Shown here one piece after another: positions 32,168 to 44,822 of a DNA stretch of 64,000 nucleotides. The translations under genes were made by a program, and so were the position numbers. The first letter of the stretch is position 1. The number at the start of each line of letters is the position of its first letter. Location of the stretch: NCBI GenBank assembly GCA_965215365.1, contig CBDCDS010000003.1, positions 704,001-768,000 of the forward strand. Direction: 5' to 3'. The DNA comes from Gammaproteobacteria bacterium. GTDB lineage: Bacteria; Pseudomonadota; Gammaproteobacteria; Eutrophobiales; Eutrophobiaceae. The notes under the pieces are model-generated. The model did no database searches. It saw nothing but the letters and a program-made list of their open reading frames with translations, and had not been told where the DNA came from.

Positions 32168-32827
32168 CTATTCCGGCTGCGGCACTATCCTCAGATAGGG
32201 TTTGGGTGCCTTCCAGCCGTGCGGGAATTTTTCTCTGGCGGCCTCGTCGGAAACTGCGGGCACGATGATCACGTCCTCGCCCTGGCGCCAGTTGACCGGA
32301 GTTGCGACCTTGTGCTGCGCTGTCAGCTGAATGGAATCCAGCACCCGCAGCACTTCGTCAAAGTTCCTGCCGGTGCTCATGGGATAGGTGATGATCAGCT
32401 TGATCAGTTTGTCCGGGCCGATGATGAACACGGAACGGATGGTGGCATTATCCGTGGCGCTGCGCTGTTTGGCCTGACCGCTGGCGTTGGGGTGGATCAT
32501 GTCGTAGAGCTTGGCGACCTGCAGGTCGCTGTCGCCGATCAACGGGTAATTCACCGCATGGCCCTGGGTTTCCTCAATATCGTTCAACCAGGCATTGTGA
32601 TCTGCAACTGAGTCGATGCTCAGGCCGATCACCTTGGTGTTGCGTTTGTCAAATTCCGGCTTGAGCCCGGCCATGTAACCCAGTTCCGTGGTACACACGG
32701 GCGTGAAATCCTTGGGATGAGAGAACAGGATGGCGTAGCCGTCGCCGATCCAGTCATGAAAATTAAGCGTCCCTTCAGTCGTTTCCACGGTGAAGTCAGG
32801 CGCTTCGTCACCAATTCTTAAAGGCAT
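32168..32827 (-). CDS. 1-Cys peroxiredoxin (Prx6)
   Basis: FSHPKDFTPVCTTE, YPMSTGRNFDE, ATPVNW. Confidence 0.93.
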   Translation of the reverse strand: MPLRIGDEAPDFTVETTEGTLNFHDWIGDGYAILFSHPKDFTPVCTTELGYMAGLKPEFDKRNTKVIGLSIDSVADHNAWLNDIEETQGHAVNYPLIGDSDLQVAKLYDMIHPNASGQAKQRSATDNATIRSVFIIGPDKLIKLIITYPMSTGRNFDEVLRVLDSIQLTAQHKVATPVNWRQGEDVIIVPAVSDEAAREKFPHGWKAPKPYLRIVPQPE

Positions 32828-32915
32828 GTCATTTCTCCGGCGGGTTTCTGCTTTGGCAACGATTATAGCAGAGTCCGAATGTCGATGGTAACGGAAACTG
32901 GCCTGACGGTTTACT

Positions 32916-33875
32916 TCAACACCTCCGACAAATCAGCATGGCCCGCTGCGGGGCCGGGTGGCCTTCGATGGTGAGGGTAGGGTTTTGCGGGTCCAGGAAG
33001 TCGGCCAGGGATTGCTCGAAAGTCCACTCGGTGACGCGCTGTTCGGCGGAGGTGGTGCGGGAGATGTCGGCAATGTCGATAGTTGTGAAGCCGGCGTCAG
33101 ACAGCCAGCCCTGCAAGGTGTTGACTGACGGGATAGCCCGGATATTGCGCATTTTGGCGTAGCGTCCTTGCGGGTGCAGGACTGCGCCGTGCCGGGTGTC
33201 GATGATCAACGATTCCAGCACCAGTTCGCCGCCGGGGCGCAGCCATTGCCGTAGCTCGCGCAGGTGGTTTTCCGGGTCGCGGCGGTGATATATGACACCC
33301 ATGGAGAACACGGTGTCGAAGCCCTCATGGGGAAGCAGCGGCGTTGTTGCGGTACCGTCTGCGGTGCAGGGTGGTTGGCGGATGCGCGCGGCCTGCTCCG
33401 GTAGGTCTTCTAGGGAAAATGGCAGGATTTGGAAAGGCGCATCCGGCAGGTATTTGGCTACGGCGCGCTGCTGCATGACGTAACGCAGAGTGGGGTCAGC
33501 TCCCAGTACCCGCGCGGCGCCGGCGCCCAGCATACGCCAGCCGTAGTAGCCGTTACCGCAACCGACATCGAGCACGGCGCGACCGGATAACGGCGTTATC
33601 CGGCGCTGCAACCGCCGCCATTTCAGATCGGCGCGCCACTCCGCGTCGAGGTCCACACCAAACAGGTTGAACGGCCCCTTGCGCCAGGGCAGCAGCCGTT
33701 GCAGTTGTTGCCGGATGATCGCGCGCTGGGCCGGGCTGCAGTCATCGGGGCAGCCGATTTGCACCGTGTCGGTATCCAGCCTGATCCGCGCCGGGCTGAG
33801 CTGCGGGAGTTTGTCGATGGCGTCCTGCCAGGACGGGTAGTCGCCGTGGCGCCGCAGGTATGGAAGAATGTCCAT
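32916..33875 (-). CDS. cmoB: tRNA U34 carboxymethyltransferase
   Basis: PWRKGPF, EWR..KW, DVGCGNGYY, FSMGVIYHR, RYAKMRN. Confidence 0.92.
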   Translation of the reverse strand: MDILPYLRRHGDYPSWQDAIDKLPQLSPARIRLDTDTVQIGCPDDCSPAQRAIIRQQLQRLLPWRKGPFNLFGVDLDAEWRADLKWRRLQRRITPLSGRAVLDVGCGNGYYGWRMLGAGAARVLGADPTLRYVMQQRAVAKYLPDAPFQILPFSLEDLPEQAARIRQPPCTADGTATTPLLPHEGFDTVFSMGVIYHRRDPENHLRELRQWLRPGGELVLESLIIDTRHGAVLHPQGRYAKMRNIRAIPSVNTLQGWLSDAGFTTIDIADISRTTSAEQRVTEWTFEQSLADFLDPQNPTLTIEGHPAPQRAMLICRRC

Positions 33876-33906
33876 GTCGTTTCCTCCGGTCCGGTCAAGT
33901 CACAAC

Positions 33907-33954
33907 CAACTCTGTTCGTCATTCCTGCTTGTGCAGGAATGACGAACAGAGTTG
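33907..33954. repeat. REP-like perfect hairpin
   Basis: 22-bp perfect stem CAACTCTGTTCGTCATTCCTGC-ttgt-GCAGGAATGACGAACAGAGTTG. Confidence 0.82.
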
Positions 33955-33967
33955 CACCAACAAGAAA

Positions 33968-34939
33968 CTAACCGTTTCCAGACCCGCCAATGTGTCTCTC
34001 CCCGCGACGCTCAGCCAGTTGTACCTGACGCTGCCGCTCACGGAAACGCTGACGCTGTTGTGGCGTCAGCCGGTCGTGGCAATGGGGACAGGAAACGCCC
34101 GGCTGGTATTGTGCCGAGGCCATGTCGGCCTCGGTAATCGGGTGACGGCAGGCAAAACATTGCTCATAGCCGCCTTCGGCAAGCTCATGGTTGACCGCAA
34201 CCCGGCCGTCGAATACAAAACATTCGCCGTCCCACAGGCTGGTTTCCCTGTCGGTCTGCTGCAGGTAGTTGAGGATGCCGCCCTGCAACTGTACGACCTC
34301 CTCGAAGCCCTGAGACAACAGGTATGCAGAAGCCTTCTCACAACGTATGCCGCCGGTGCAGAACATGGCGATGCGGGTATGCTTACCGGAGTCTAGGTGT
34401 TTTTCCACGTAAGCCGGGAACTCCCGGAACGTTTCCGTCTGTGGCGCCAGCGCGTTGCGGAAGCTGCCGATATCTGATTCATAGCGGTTGCGCACATCCA
34501 GCACCAGGGTGTCGGGTTGGCTGATCACCTCATTCCATTGCGCCGGTTCGATGTGCCTGCCGCTGTGCTGTTCCGGGTCGATACCCTTAACGCCCATAGC
34601 GACGAGCTCCTGCCTGAGTTTCACCTTCATCCGATGGAACGGACACTCGTGCGCCGGCGCTTGCTGGTGCGCCAGGTCGGCAAAGCGGGGTTGCGCGCGC
34701 AGATAGTCGAGGATGGCGTCGATAGCATCCCTGCTGCCGGCAATGGTACCGTTAATGCCTTCGGGCGCCAGCAGGAAGGTGCCCTTGAGCGCCAGTGTAC
34801 GGCAACGCGCCAGCAACGGTTGCCGCAATGCCCTGAAGTCCGGCAGGCTGACGAACTTGTACAGCGCGGCGACGACAAAGTTGCTATCTGCGTTAATCTG
34901 CGTCATCTGCGTCATCTGCGGACGACATTCAATGCCCAT
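33968..34939 (-). CDS. trhO: Rhodanese-domain tRNA U34 hydroxylase
   Basis: ALYKF, EGINGT, DVRNRYE, MFCTGGIRCEKAS, CFVFDGR; start may be 34915 or 34906. Confidence 0.88.
   Translation of the reverse strand: MGIECRPQMTQMTQINADSNFVVAALYKFVSLPDFRALRQPLLARCRTLALKGTFLLAPEGINGTIAGSRDAIDAILDYLRAQPRFADLAHQQAPAHECPFHRMKVKLRQELVAMGVKGIDPEQHSGRHIEPAQWNEVISQPDTLVLDVRNRYESDIGSFRNALAPQTETFREFPAYVEKHLDSGKHTRIAMFCTGGIRCEKASAYLLSQGFEEVVQLQGGILNYLQQTDRETSLWDGECFVFDGRVAVNHELAEGGYEQCFACRHPITEADMASAQYQPGVSCPHCHDRLTPQQRQRFRERQRQVQLAERRGERHIGGSGNG
34886..34921. repeat. 9-10 bp tandem repeat, four ATCTGCG units
   Basis: atctgcgtta atctgcgtc atctgcgtc atctgcgg. Confidence 0.8.
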
Positions 34940-36701
34940 GGGCTACCCCGGCGCCGGCTGGGATGCGCACATCATCGACCAGGGCCTTGACGTGTTCCGG
35001 CGGTTGCGCAGTGAACCGGCTGACGCTGAACGCAACCGCGAAGTTGACCGCCATACCGATGCTGCCGATACCCTCCGGCGAGATGCCCAGCCACCAGTTG
35101 TCCGGGGTGCTGGCGGCGGGGTTGATGAACTTGAACCAGATGATATACCCGGCGGTGAACAACAGGCCGCTCAACATACCGGCAATGGCGCCTTCACGAT
35201 TCATGTTGCGCACGAATATCCCTAAGAAAATGGCGGGGAACAGCGACGCCGCGGCCAGCCCGAACGCGAACGCGATCACCTGGGCAACGAATCCCGGTGG
35301 ATTGATGCCCAGGTAGCCGGCAAAGCACACCGCCAGCGCCGCGGCAATGCGGGCATAGGACAGTTCCTGCTTTTCATTGATGGCCGGCATCAGGGTCTTT
35401 TTGAGCAGGTCATGGGAGATGGATGTGGACACCACCAGCAGCAGTCCTGCCGCCGTGGACAAGGCCGCAGCCAAGGCCCCGGCCGCCACCAGTGCCAACA
35501 CCCAGGGGGGCAAGTCGGCCAGCTCCGGGCTGGCCAGCATGATGATGTCGCGGTCCACATACACCTCATTGGCGTTGTCCAGCGGCGTGTTGTCCACCAG
35601 TTTCTGGCCGTGCTCACCGCGTCCGGCGGCGAACTCCGGCGCGCCCTCAAACGGGGCGCCGGCGGCATATTGAATCCGGCCATCCTCATTTTTGTCCAGC
35701 CAGGCAATCAGGCCGATATCTTCCCAGGTCTTCACCCAGGACGGCGCTTGCTGGTAGGCAGTGTTGTTGACCGTGTCGATGAAGTTCAGCCGGGCGAACG
35801 CGGCCAGCGCCGGCGCCGTGGTGTATAACAGGGCAATGAAGACCAGCGCGTAGCCTGCGGACTTGCGCGCATCGGACACCTTGGGTACGGTAAAGAAACG
35901 CACGATGACGTGCGGCAGGCCGGCGGTGCCGGCCATCAGCACCAGGGTGATGGTAAACATGTCGATCATGCTTTTGCTGCCGTCGGTGTAGGGCGCAAAC
36001 CCCAGCTCCACCAGTACCTGGTCCAGTTTTTCCAGCACGCGCAGACCGGAGCCGTCCTGGACCTCGGCGGCCAGCCCCAGTTGCGGCACCGGGTTGCCCG
36101 TGACCAGCAGCGAAACAAAGATGGCCGGGGTAAGATAGGCGCAGATCATGACGCAATACTGTGCCACCTGGGTGTAGGTGATGCCTTTCATACCACCCAG
36201 CACGGCGTAGCAGAACACCACCGCCATGCCGATGATCACCCCGGTCGTGATCTCCACTTCTAGGAACCGGGAGAACACCACGCCGACCCCGCGCATTTGC
36301 CCGGCCACATAGGTAAAACAGATAAAAATCAGGCAGACTACGGCCACCACGCGCGCCGCGCCGGAGTAATAGCGCTCGCCGATAAAGTCCGGCACGGTAT
36401 ATTGGCCGAATTTGCGCAGATAGGGCGCCAGCAGCAGCGCCAGCAACACGTAGCCGCCGGTCCAGCCCATCAGATAGACCGAACCGTCATAACCGGCGAA
36501 GGCGATCATGCCGGCAATGGAGATGAAGGAAGCAGCGCTCATCCAGTCCGCCGCAGTCGCCATACCGTTGGTCAACGGATGCACCCCGCCGCCGGCCACG
36601 TAGAAGTCCCTAGTTGACCCGGCCCGGGACCCGATCGCAATACCGATGTAGAGCGCAAACGTCAGCGCGACTACGATATAGATCAGCATTTGCGGGGTCA
36701 T
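34929..36701 (-). CDS. Sodium:solute symporter (ActP-like cation/acetate symporter)
   Basis: GMATAADWMSAASF, GTAGLPHVIVRFFTV, multi-TM. Confidence 0.9.
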   Translation of the reverse strand: MTPQMLIYIVVALTFALYIGIAIGSRAGSTRDFYVAGGGVHPLTNGMATAADWMSAASFISIAGMIAFAGYDGSVYLMGWTGGYVLLALLLAPYLRKFGQYTVPDFIGERYYSGAARVVAVVCLIFICFTYVAGQMRGVGVVFSRFLEVEITTGVIIGMAVVFCYAVLGGMKGITYTQVAQYCVMICAYLTPAIFVSLLVTGNPVPQLGLAAEVQDGSGLRVLEKLDQVLVELGFAPYTDGSKSMIDMFTITLVLMAGTAGLPHVIVRFFTVPKVSDARKSAGYALVFIALLYTTAPALAAFARLNFIDTVNNTAYQQAPSWVKTWEDIGLIAWLDKNEDGRIQYAAGAPFEGAPEFAAGRGEHGQKLVDNTPLDNANEVYVDRDIIMLASPELADLPPWVLALVAAGALAAALSTAAGLLLVVSTSISHDLLKKTLMPAINEKQELSYARIAAALAVCFAGYLGINPPGFVAQVIAFAFGLAAASLFPAIFLGIFVRNMNREGAIAGMLSGLLFTAGYIIWFKFINPAASTPDNWWLGISPEGIGSIGMAVNFAVAFSVSRFTAQPPEHVKALVDDVRIPAGAGVAHGH

Positions 36702-37084
36702 CGCTGCTCCCCCTGCTGCTTGTTGTTGGTATTATCATCGTCCACGCCAAAGCGGCGGTCGATCCTGCCGATAACAGCCACATACACGAAAATCAGGATC
36801 ACGAACACGTAGATGGAACCCTGTTGCGCCCACCAGAAGCCCAGCTTGAACCCGAACAGGCTGAAGCGATTCAACCAATCCACCAACAGGATGCCGAAGC
36901 CGTAGGAGACGGTGAACCAGACCGCCAGCAACGTCAGCAGCAAGCGCACGTTGGCGCGCCAATAAGCCTTGGCGTGGGCCTCCGTCAGCGCCTCATCGTC
37001 ATGGGCACCGGGTGCCGGCAGGTTGTCCGCCTGATGGTGATAGACCGCCGGTTCGCTGCTGTTTTTTTCGGGGGTGTCTGGCAT
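36698..37084 (-). CDS. Small membrane subunit of solute symporter (DUF4212-like)
   Basis: YWRAN..LLAVWF..GFKLGFWWAQQGSIYVF; coupled to the symporter. Confidence 0.85.
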   Translation of the reverse strand: MPDTPEKNSSEPAVYHHQADNLPAPGAHDDEALTEAHAKAYWRANVRLLLTLLAVWFTVSYGFGILLVDWLNRFSLFGFKLGFWWAQQGSIYVFVILIFVYVAVIGRIDRRFGVDDDNTNNKQQGEQR

Positions 37085-37169
37085 TGTTTGGCGCTCGGTT
37101 GGGGTCACCTGTGATCATTTGTGAGGTAGCCTGTACACAACGATGTTAATCATACACCACCGGTGCCCG

Positions 37170-40426
<3,257 letters not shown>

Positions 40427-40444
40427 GTGCAATAGGAGGGTTCC

Positions 40445-40606
40445 TCATACCTCTTTTGGATTCAACCCTATAGCTTCAGCATAGCGTTTAATCAAACGGG
40501 GAATATCGGAATGGTGCAAGGGATTACCTCTTATTGCACCTCCACGTCGCATGGTCTGAAACAGGTAACCGTGGGTGATTCCGGCGGCATCTATCCATGT
40601 CTGTAA
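40445..40606 (-). pseudogene. Tyrosine recombinase/integrase fragment
   Basis: Reads LQTWIDAAGITHGYLFQTMRRGG..IPRLIKRYAEAIGLNPKEV*, the segment that precedes HSLR in Cre/XerC-like recombinases; not in the ORF track. Confidence 0.7.
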
Positions 40607-40694
40607 TCTGTAACTGATTGATTATTTTGATTTTGCATCATTTTGGAGCCCCTGATAACTCGTTTTCAAGAGCGCTTGATTAAAACATGGTTAT

Positions 40695-41138
40695 TGTGCT
40701 TATCACGCAGAATTTGAGCGGGAGAAGATTATCTGGGGGAATCTTTCGGTCATTCCGAGATTTTGTGTGGATACCGATGCCAGCTATATATCCGCGCCAA
40801 CCAATCTTCTTACTGGCATACGACATATCAAATATATCGCAGGAATTCTAAACAGCAGGTGTTGTTATTGGGAAATGAGACAATTAGCGTACAGCAGAGA
40901 ACAGGGATACATGGAATACAAAAAAATCTTTGTAGAACAAATTCATATCCCTGAAAAAACATGCCAGAATTCCCCGATCATATTCGAAATAGAAAATCTT
41001 GTGGGTAAGATTCAGATCGCCAAAAGTGAAAACTCTGATACTGCTCAAATTGAACGTCAAATAGATACGCTTGTGTATGATCTATACGGTCTGACAAATG
41101 ATGAAAGAAATATCGTTGCTAATTTCGGGTATTCGTAA
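40695..41138 (+). pseudogene. Orphan C-terminal specificity (TaqI_C-like) fragment of a type IIG RM enzyme
   Basis: CAYHAEFEREKIIW, KYIAGILNS, IERQIDTLVYDLYGLTNDE. Confidence 0.75.
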
Positions 41139-41151
41139 TAGGTTATGGGAA

Positions 41152-41871
41152 ATGTACCGGATAAACACCCAACCCACGCTTGTCATCGCTGCCAACGTAC
41201 AACCTGCCTTGGAACAGGTTGCCCCATTGTTTCAAAAAGCGCTGGGTCCCAATATCGACAAACTCCAGCTCGGCGGCGGCACGGTCCTGGCATCGCGCTG
41301 GCAACACCGCACCAGTACAGACTTGGATTTCTTTCTCCACGGTGACAATCAAGCCAGCGTCGCCGTACTGTTATCTACCATCAGCAGAACCATACAAGCA
41401 CACGCTGATACCCATTCGCTGACTCAGATTCAAATAGCGGGACACCATCTCAGTTTCAAACTGCAAGGCACCCAAACCAGTCTGTTTACCACGCCCCCGC
41501 TCACCAACGTACCATCCATGCAACGCGAGCATTCAACCCGCATTTTGCTGGAGCCTACCGAAGAAATACTCGCCAAGAAATTACACGGACGAATCATCGG
41601 TAATGGCGAATTTACCAAACGGGACTTTTATGACTTCTGCATCGCTAATCTACGCGAGCCTGAAGCACTTAATGCCGTCATAAACAACCTCGGCAACGGC
41701 AAGGAAATGATCCACGCAGAACTGGAAAATAAATACCGTTCCGAGTCGATAAAAGAAGCAGAAAACAGCGCGCCATTATTAAACCCAACTTATCCCGACA
41801 TTGCCGAACAACTCTGGGATCGAGCAGCCGAGCTATTCCAGAACGAATCGAAATTGAAATGGTCGAAATAA
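41152..41871 (+). CDS. AbiEii/AbiGii-family nucleotidyltransferase toxin
   Basis: LGGGTVLASRWQHRTSTDLDFF, EILAKKL, RDFYD; start uncertain (41098 or 41152). Confidence 0.82.
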   Translation: MYRINTQPTLVIAANVQPALEQVAPLFQKALGPNIDKLQLGGGTVLASRWQHRTSTDLDFFLHGDNQASVAVLLSTISRTIQAHADTHSLTQIQIAGHHLSFKLQGTQTSLFTTPPLTNVPSMQREHSTRILLEPTEEILAKKLHGRIIGNGEFTKRDFYDFCIANLREPEALNAVINNLGNGKEMIHAELENKYRSESIKEAENSAPLLNPTYPDIAEQLWDRAAELFQNESKLKWSK

Positions 41872-41892
41872 TCCTGATGATGACATTGAACT

Positions 41893-42315
41893 ATGAACGC
41901 CGGTTTTTTCCCGCCACGCGACCCGCCCTTGCCGCTTGACTGTTTCACCTCCGAGACAGCTCGGGACATAGCGCCATTCAACCCTGCTCCGATCAGTTTT
42001 ATGATCGACAAATACGCTGCCGGGCTGGCTAACCGCCCCACCGCAGAACAGTTGCGAGACTGGATGAACAACGAAACGCCAGTTGCTCATAAGTATCATG
42101 AAACAGTTCAAGACATAGCCGCTAAAATGACAGGGCGGGACCTGATGGTGTTCCGACAGAACTGTGGCGCCTCCATCCGGGGTTTTGCGCACCTGATACA
42201 CGAGACCGGCGCGTACAGTGACATCGTGGTGCACTACATCGACAGTTGGTCCGACATCGGAGATCCCCGCCCGCGCTGGGACCGTGGCTACGCCGGGTCC
42301 CGCATCGGCATGTAA
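41893..42315 (+). CDS. Hypothetical protein, possible partner of the AbiEii-like toxin
   Basis: 140-aa ORF 21 bp downstream on the same strand; no recognisable motif. Confidence 0.55.
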   Translation: MNAGFFPPRDPPLPLDCFTSETARDIAPFNPAPISFMIDKYAAGLANRPTAEQLRDWMNNETPVAHKYHETVQDIAAKMTGRDLMVFRQNCGASIRGFAHLIHETGAYSDIVVHYIDSWSDIGDPRPRWDRGYAGSRIGM

Positions 42316-42465
42316 CTACTCACAAAAATTACCAAACTCAAAGAGTTTGATACGAAAAAATAAAACAAGAGAAACAATCACAGATTACAAATACCCCTGA
42401 TTTCTAAGCAGATTCAACAGTTTTAATTTCCTCATTTGTCAGACCATAAATTTCATATACTTTTC

Positions 42466-43043
42466 CATTAGTGTCCCAAGAATTAATCGAATAGATTCAG
42501 TTGGTTAAGTATATCACGGCGGTCTGTTTTGTGGTCAGTTTGGGTAAGTATTTGATACAGTCAGACTTTTTCAAACAGGGTCAGGCTTAATATCTGTAAT
42601 ATTGTGTAGAGTTCGGTAGGCAGATCGAGCCGTTTTTTGATGATGGCGACCAGGACATAAACGCCAATAGCGGTCCGGATTTGGGTTTTCACAGCATTCT
42701 CAGAGGTGCCGAAGAAGGCCTTGATACGCAGGTGTTGTTTGATCCATTTGAAGAACAACTCGACCTGCCACCGGCAACGATACAAATCGGCAATGGTGAC
42801 GGCCGGCAGGGTCAAGTTGTGGGTGAGGAACACCCGTGTTTTGCCGGTGTTGGCATCGTGATAGCGGATACGACGCAGGGTGTCGGGATAGCGCGGTGCG
42901 GAGCGTTGGCCGGTCAGCACGCCGGTCTGGTCGATGCGGCGGGAGTAGCGGCGCGCAAACTTGAGGTTGGACTTGGCTCGGATTACGAACAAGGCCGAGG
43001 CTAAGGTGAGGCCATGCAGTCGTTCGAAGTCGAGGTAGGCACG
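42466..43043 (-). mobile_element. Truncated IS4-family element (3' part of transposase and right end)
   Basis: DRAYLDF, LYRCRWQVELFFKWIKQHL (Y-R-E-K signature); premature TGA 42561-42563, in-frame natural end NQLNLFD* at 42483; end sequence CATTAGTGTCCCAAG 42466-42480. Confidence 0.85.
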
Positions 43044-43126
43044 GTCCACGACTTCGTAGCGGCATGGAACAAGGTAATGGACCTCGACCGGTTTGATATC
43101 GACTGAGTGCAATAGGAGGGTTCCTC
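43044..43126 (+). repeat. Second copy of the katG 3' end
   Basis: 82/83 nt identical to 40364-40446, including the stop codon. Confidence 0.95.
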
Positions 43127-43144
43127 GGGCAGGCCTGCCCGAGG
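43123..43144. terminator. GC-rich palindrome after the displaced katG end
   Basis: CCTCGGGCAGGCCTGCCCGAGG perfect palindrome, also downstream of the convergent HIRAN gene. Confidence 0.55.
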
Positions 43145-43181
43145 ACATTGGATGTCTGCGTGTCAATATTGGCCTGAAGCT

Positions 43182-43925
43182 CTACCCCGTCAGGGGGGAA
43201 AAATCCTCACCGCTCATAGGCTCGTGGTGTTCCCAACGGCCGCGCACTTCGATCAAAACCCGTTGACTGGACGGCGCAGGTTGGGGGTTGACCCTTACAA
43301 CCCGCGCTGAATATTCCGGGGATTCGTTCATGGCCGCAGCCAAGTCCCCTACCAGATAACGCGGCGCCCACCCGATCATGTGATAGTCAGTTGTCTGAAT
43401 CTGTACCGCCAGCCTGGTCGCCGGATTGGTCAGTTCCAAGGTCAGGTAAAGCTCTTCATCCGGCTCTAATTTGTTAACGCGAGCTTGAGCAGCATCACTG
43501 GCGCGCAACCAACTGTGCAAAAAGAACCGACAGGTGAACTGGCCGGTATCATCCTTGCTGATTTTCGGGAACACTTCGTAAGCGTCTGTTACCCGCCGTC
43601 CTCCATTTACCGACAGAATCTGGATGGGATCAGCCTTGTCCGGGTAACCAAGATTGTGAAGATAATCGGAAAAGTCCGGTCTTTTCTGATTCATAACCCG
43701 ATTCTGAAACAACGGAAATAAATACGAGGACTGGTAGTCCCGCTCCAGCGAGGGAAACTCAATCAGCAAAGGAAAACCCGCTTGCTCCTGCGCGTGTCTG
43801 GCCCCACCAATGTAGCGGAAACGGTAGGAGGGACGTTCAAGGTCGGCATCAAGACGTCCAATCGGAAACCACGCCTTGCTATGCCCCTTGTCCTGCCAGG
43901 CCAGAAATAAGGTTCGTTCATTCAC
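43182..43925 (-). CDS. HIRAN-domain protein
   Basis: N-terminal LAWQ..WFPIGRL..YRFRY..LFPLFQNR, C-terminal ELTNPATRLAVQI..IGWAPRYL; GTG 43925 overlaps the kinase TGA. Confidence 0.75.
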   Translation of the reverse strand: MNERTLFLAWQDKGHSKAWFPIGRLDADLERPSYRFRYIGGARHAQEQAGFPLLIEFPSLERDYQSSYLFPLFQNRVMNQKRPDFSDYLHNLGYPDKADPIQILSVNGGRRVTDAYEVFPKISKDDTGQFTCRFFLHSWLRASDAAQARVNKLEPDEELYLTLELTNPATRLAVQIQTTDYHMIGWAPRYLVGDLAAAMNESPEYSARVVRVNPQPAPSSQRVLIEVRGRWEHHEPMSGEDFSPLTG

Positions 43926-44818
43926 TGGAATATTTTCCGTAAACAACTCAGATTGTAACACAGCAACGCAATAGCAAATTTCCTTGCCGATATTGACATC
44001 CAATTATCAGGAATACGGTAAACGATGTCTTCGAGGGCGTTTTCACTGACTCTTTTTAGATTGTTTCCAGATATATGGAAAATCTCCGGATACGAATTGG
44101 TACTTCGTCGTACCAATTCCAACGGGCTCAGGCCATGTCGGTCACCATCTGACCAATATATTGCACCTCGGCCTTTTTCGGCATATTCACCAACGCGATT
44201 TTCCAATAGCAACATTTCACGCCTCTCATCCAGAAGCTCGCGTCCCAGAGAGGAAGCGTGATCGAAGGAGGGTGCCAAAAATCCTTCCCAGCGATCACCC
44301 GACCCCTTGCTAAGCAGTCCCCAATTCTCATGATGCCGGTCTGTATTACCAATTAACGCGTCCAGGATTATATACTCTGCCATACGGCCCTTTGCTTCTA
44401 AAACTGCCGTGTTTTCTGCAAAAACCTTTTCCATCACCTTCCAGATATTCTCCAGTGTGTGCCTCGAATGGTGAAATGTCACATCAGGATCGTAGTTGTG
44501 GACGAACATCGCTAACATCTGATTACCATGGGTCAACTCCCACTCAATACCCATAAAAGTTTCTGATGCGGACCCGTGCTGTCCTTCAAACTCTGCTAAT
44601 TCCACCTTTGCATGTTGAATATTCATTAACTGGGCTATCTCAGCGGCAATCTTCTCCGCCCAATGTTCCCCTGTGCCTGCTTTGGGATATTTAAATAGCC
44701 AGTATCCTTCCTCCTCCCCGGGTGACAGATACCAGAATTTCTTCTTGCTACCCATATCTTCCGGATTCTTTACCCAGTCAAGCAAAACTTCAATTATTTG
44801 ATACCAATCAGACCTCAT
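43922..44818 (-). CDS. HipA-like Ser/Thr kinase
   Basis: GSKKKFW, LFKY, EHWAEKIA, DALIGNTDRHHENWG, LAPSFDHASSLG. Confidence 0.85.
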   Translation of the reverse strand: MRSDWYQIIEVLLDWVKNPEDMGSKKKFWYLSPGEEEGYWLFKYPKAGTGEHWAEKIAAEIAQLMNIQHAKVELAEFEGQHGSASETFMGIEWELTHGNQMLAMFVHNYDPDVTFHHSRHTLENIWKVMEKVFAENTAVLEAKGRMAEYIILDALIGNTDRHHENWGLLSKGSGDRWEGFLAPSFDHASSLGRELLDERREMLLLENRVGEYAEKGRGAIYWSDGDRHGLSPLELVRRSTNSYPEIFHISGNNLKRVSENALEDIVYRIPDNWMSISARKFAIALLCYNLSCLRKIFQ

Positions 44819-44822
44819 ATTG

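Noticed and set aside
43044-43166. N-terminal part of the 201-aa transposase ORF
   Set aside because: It is the antisense reading of the duplicated katG end, not transposase sequence
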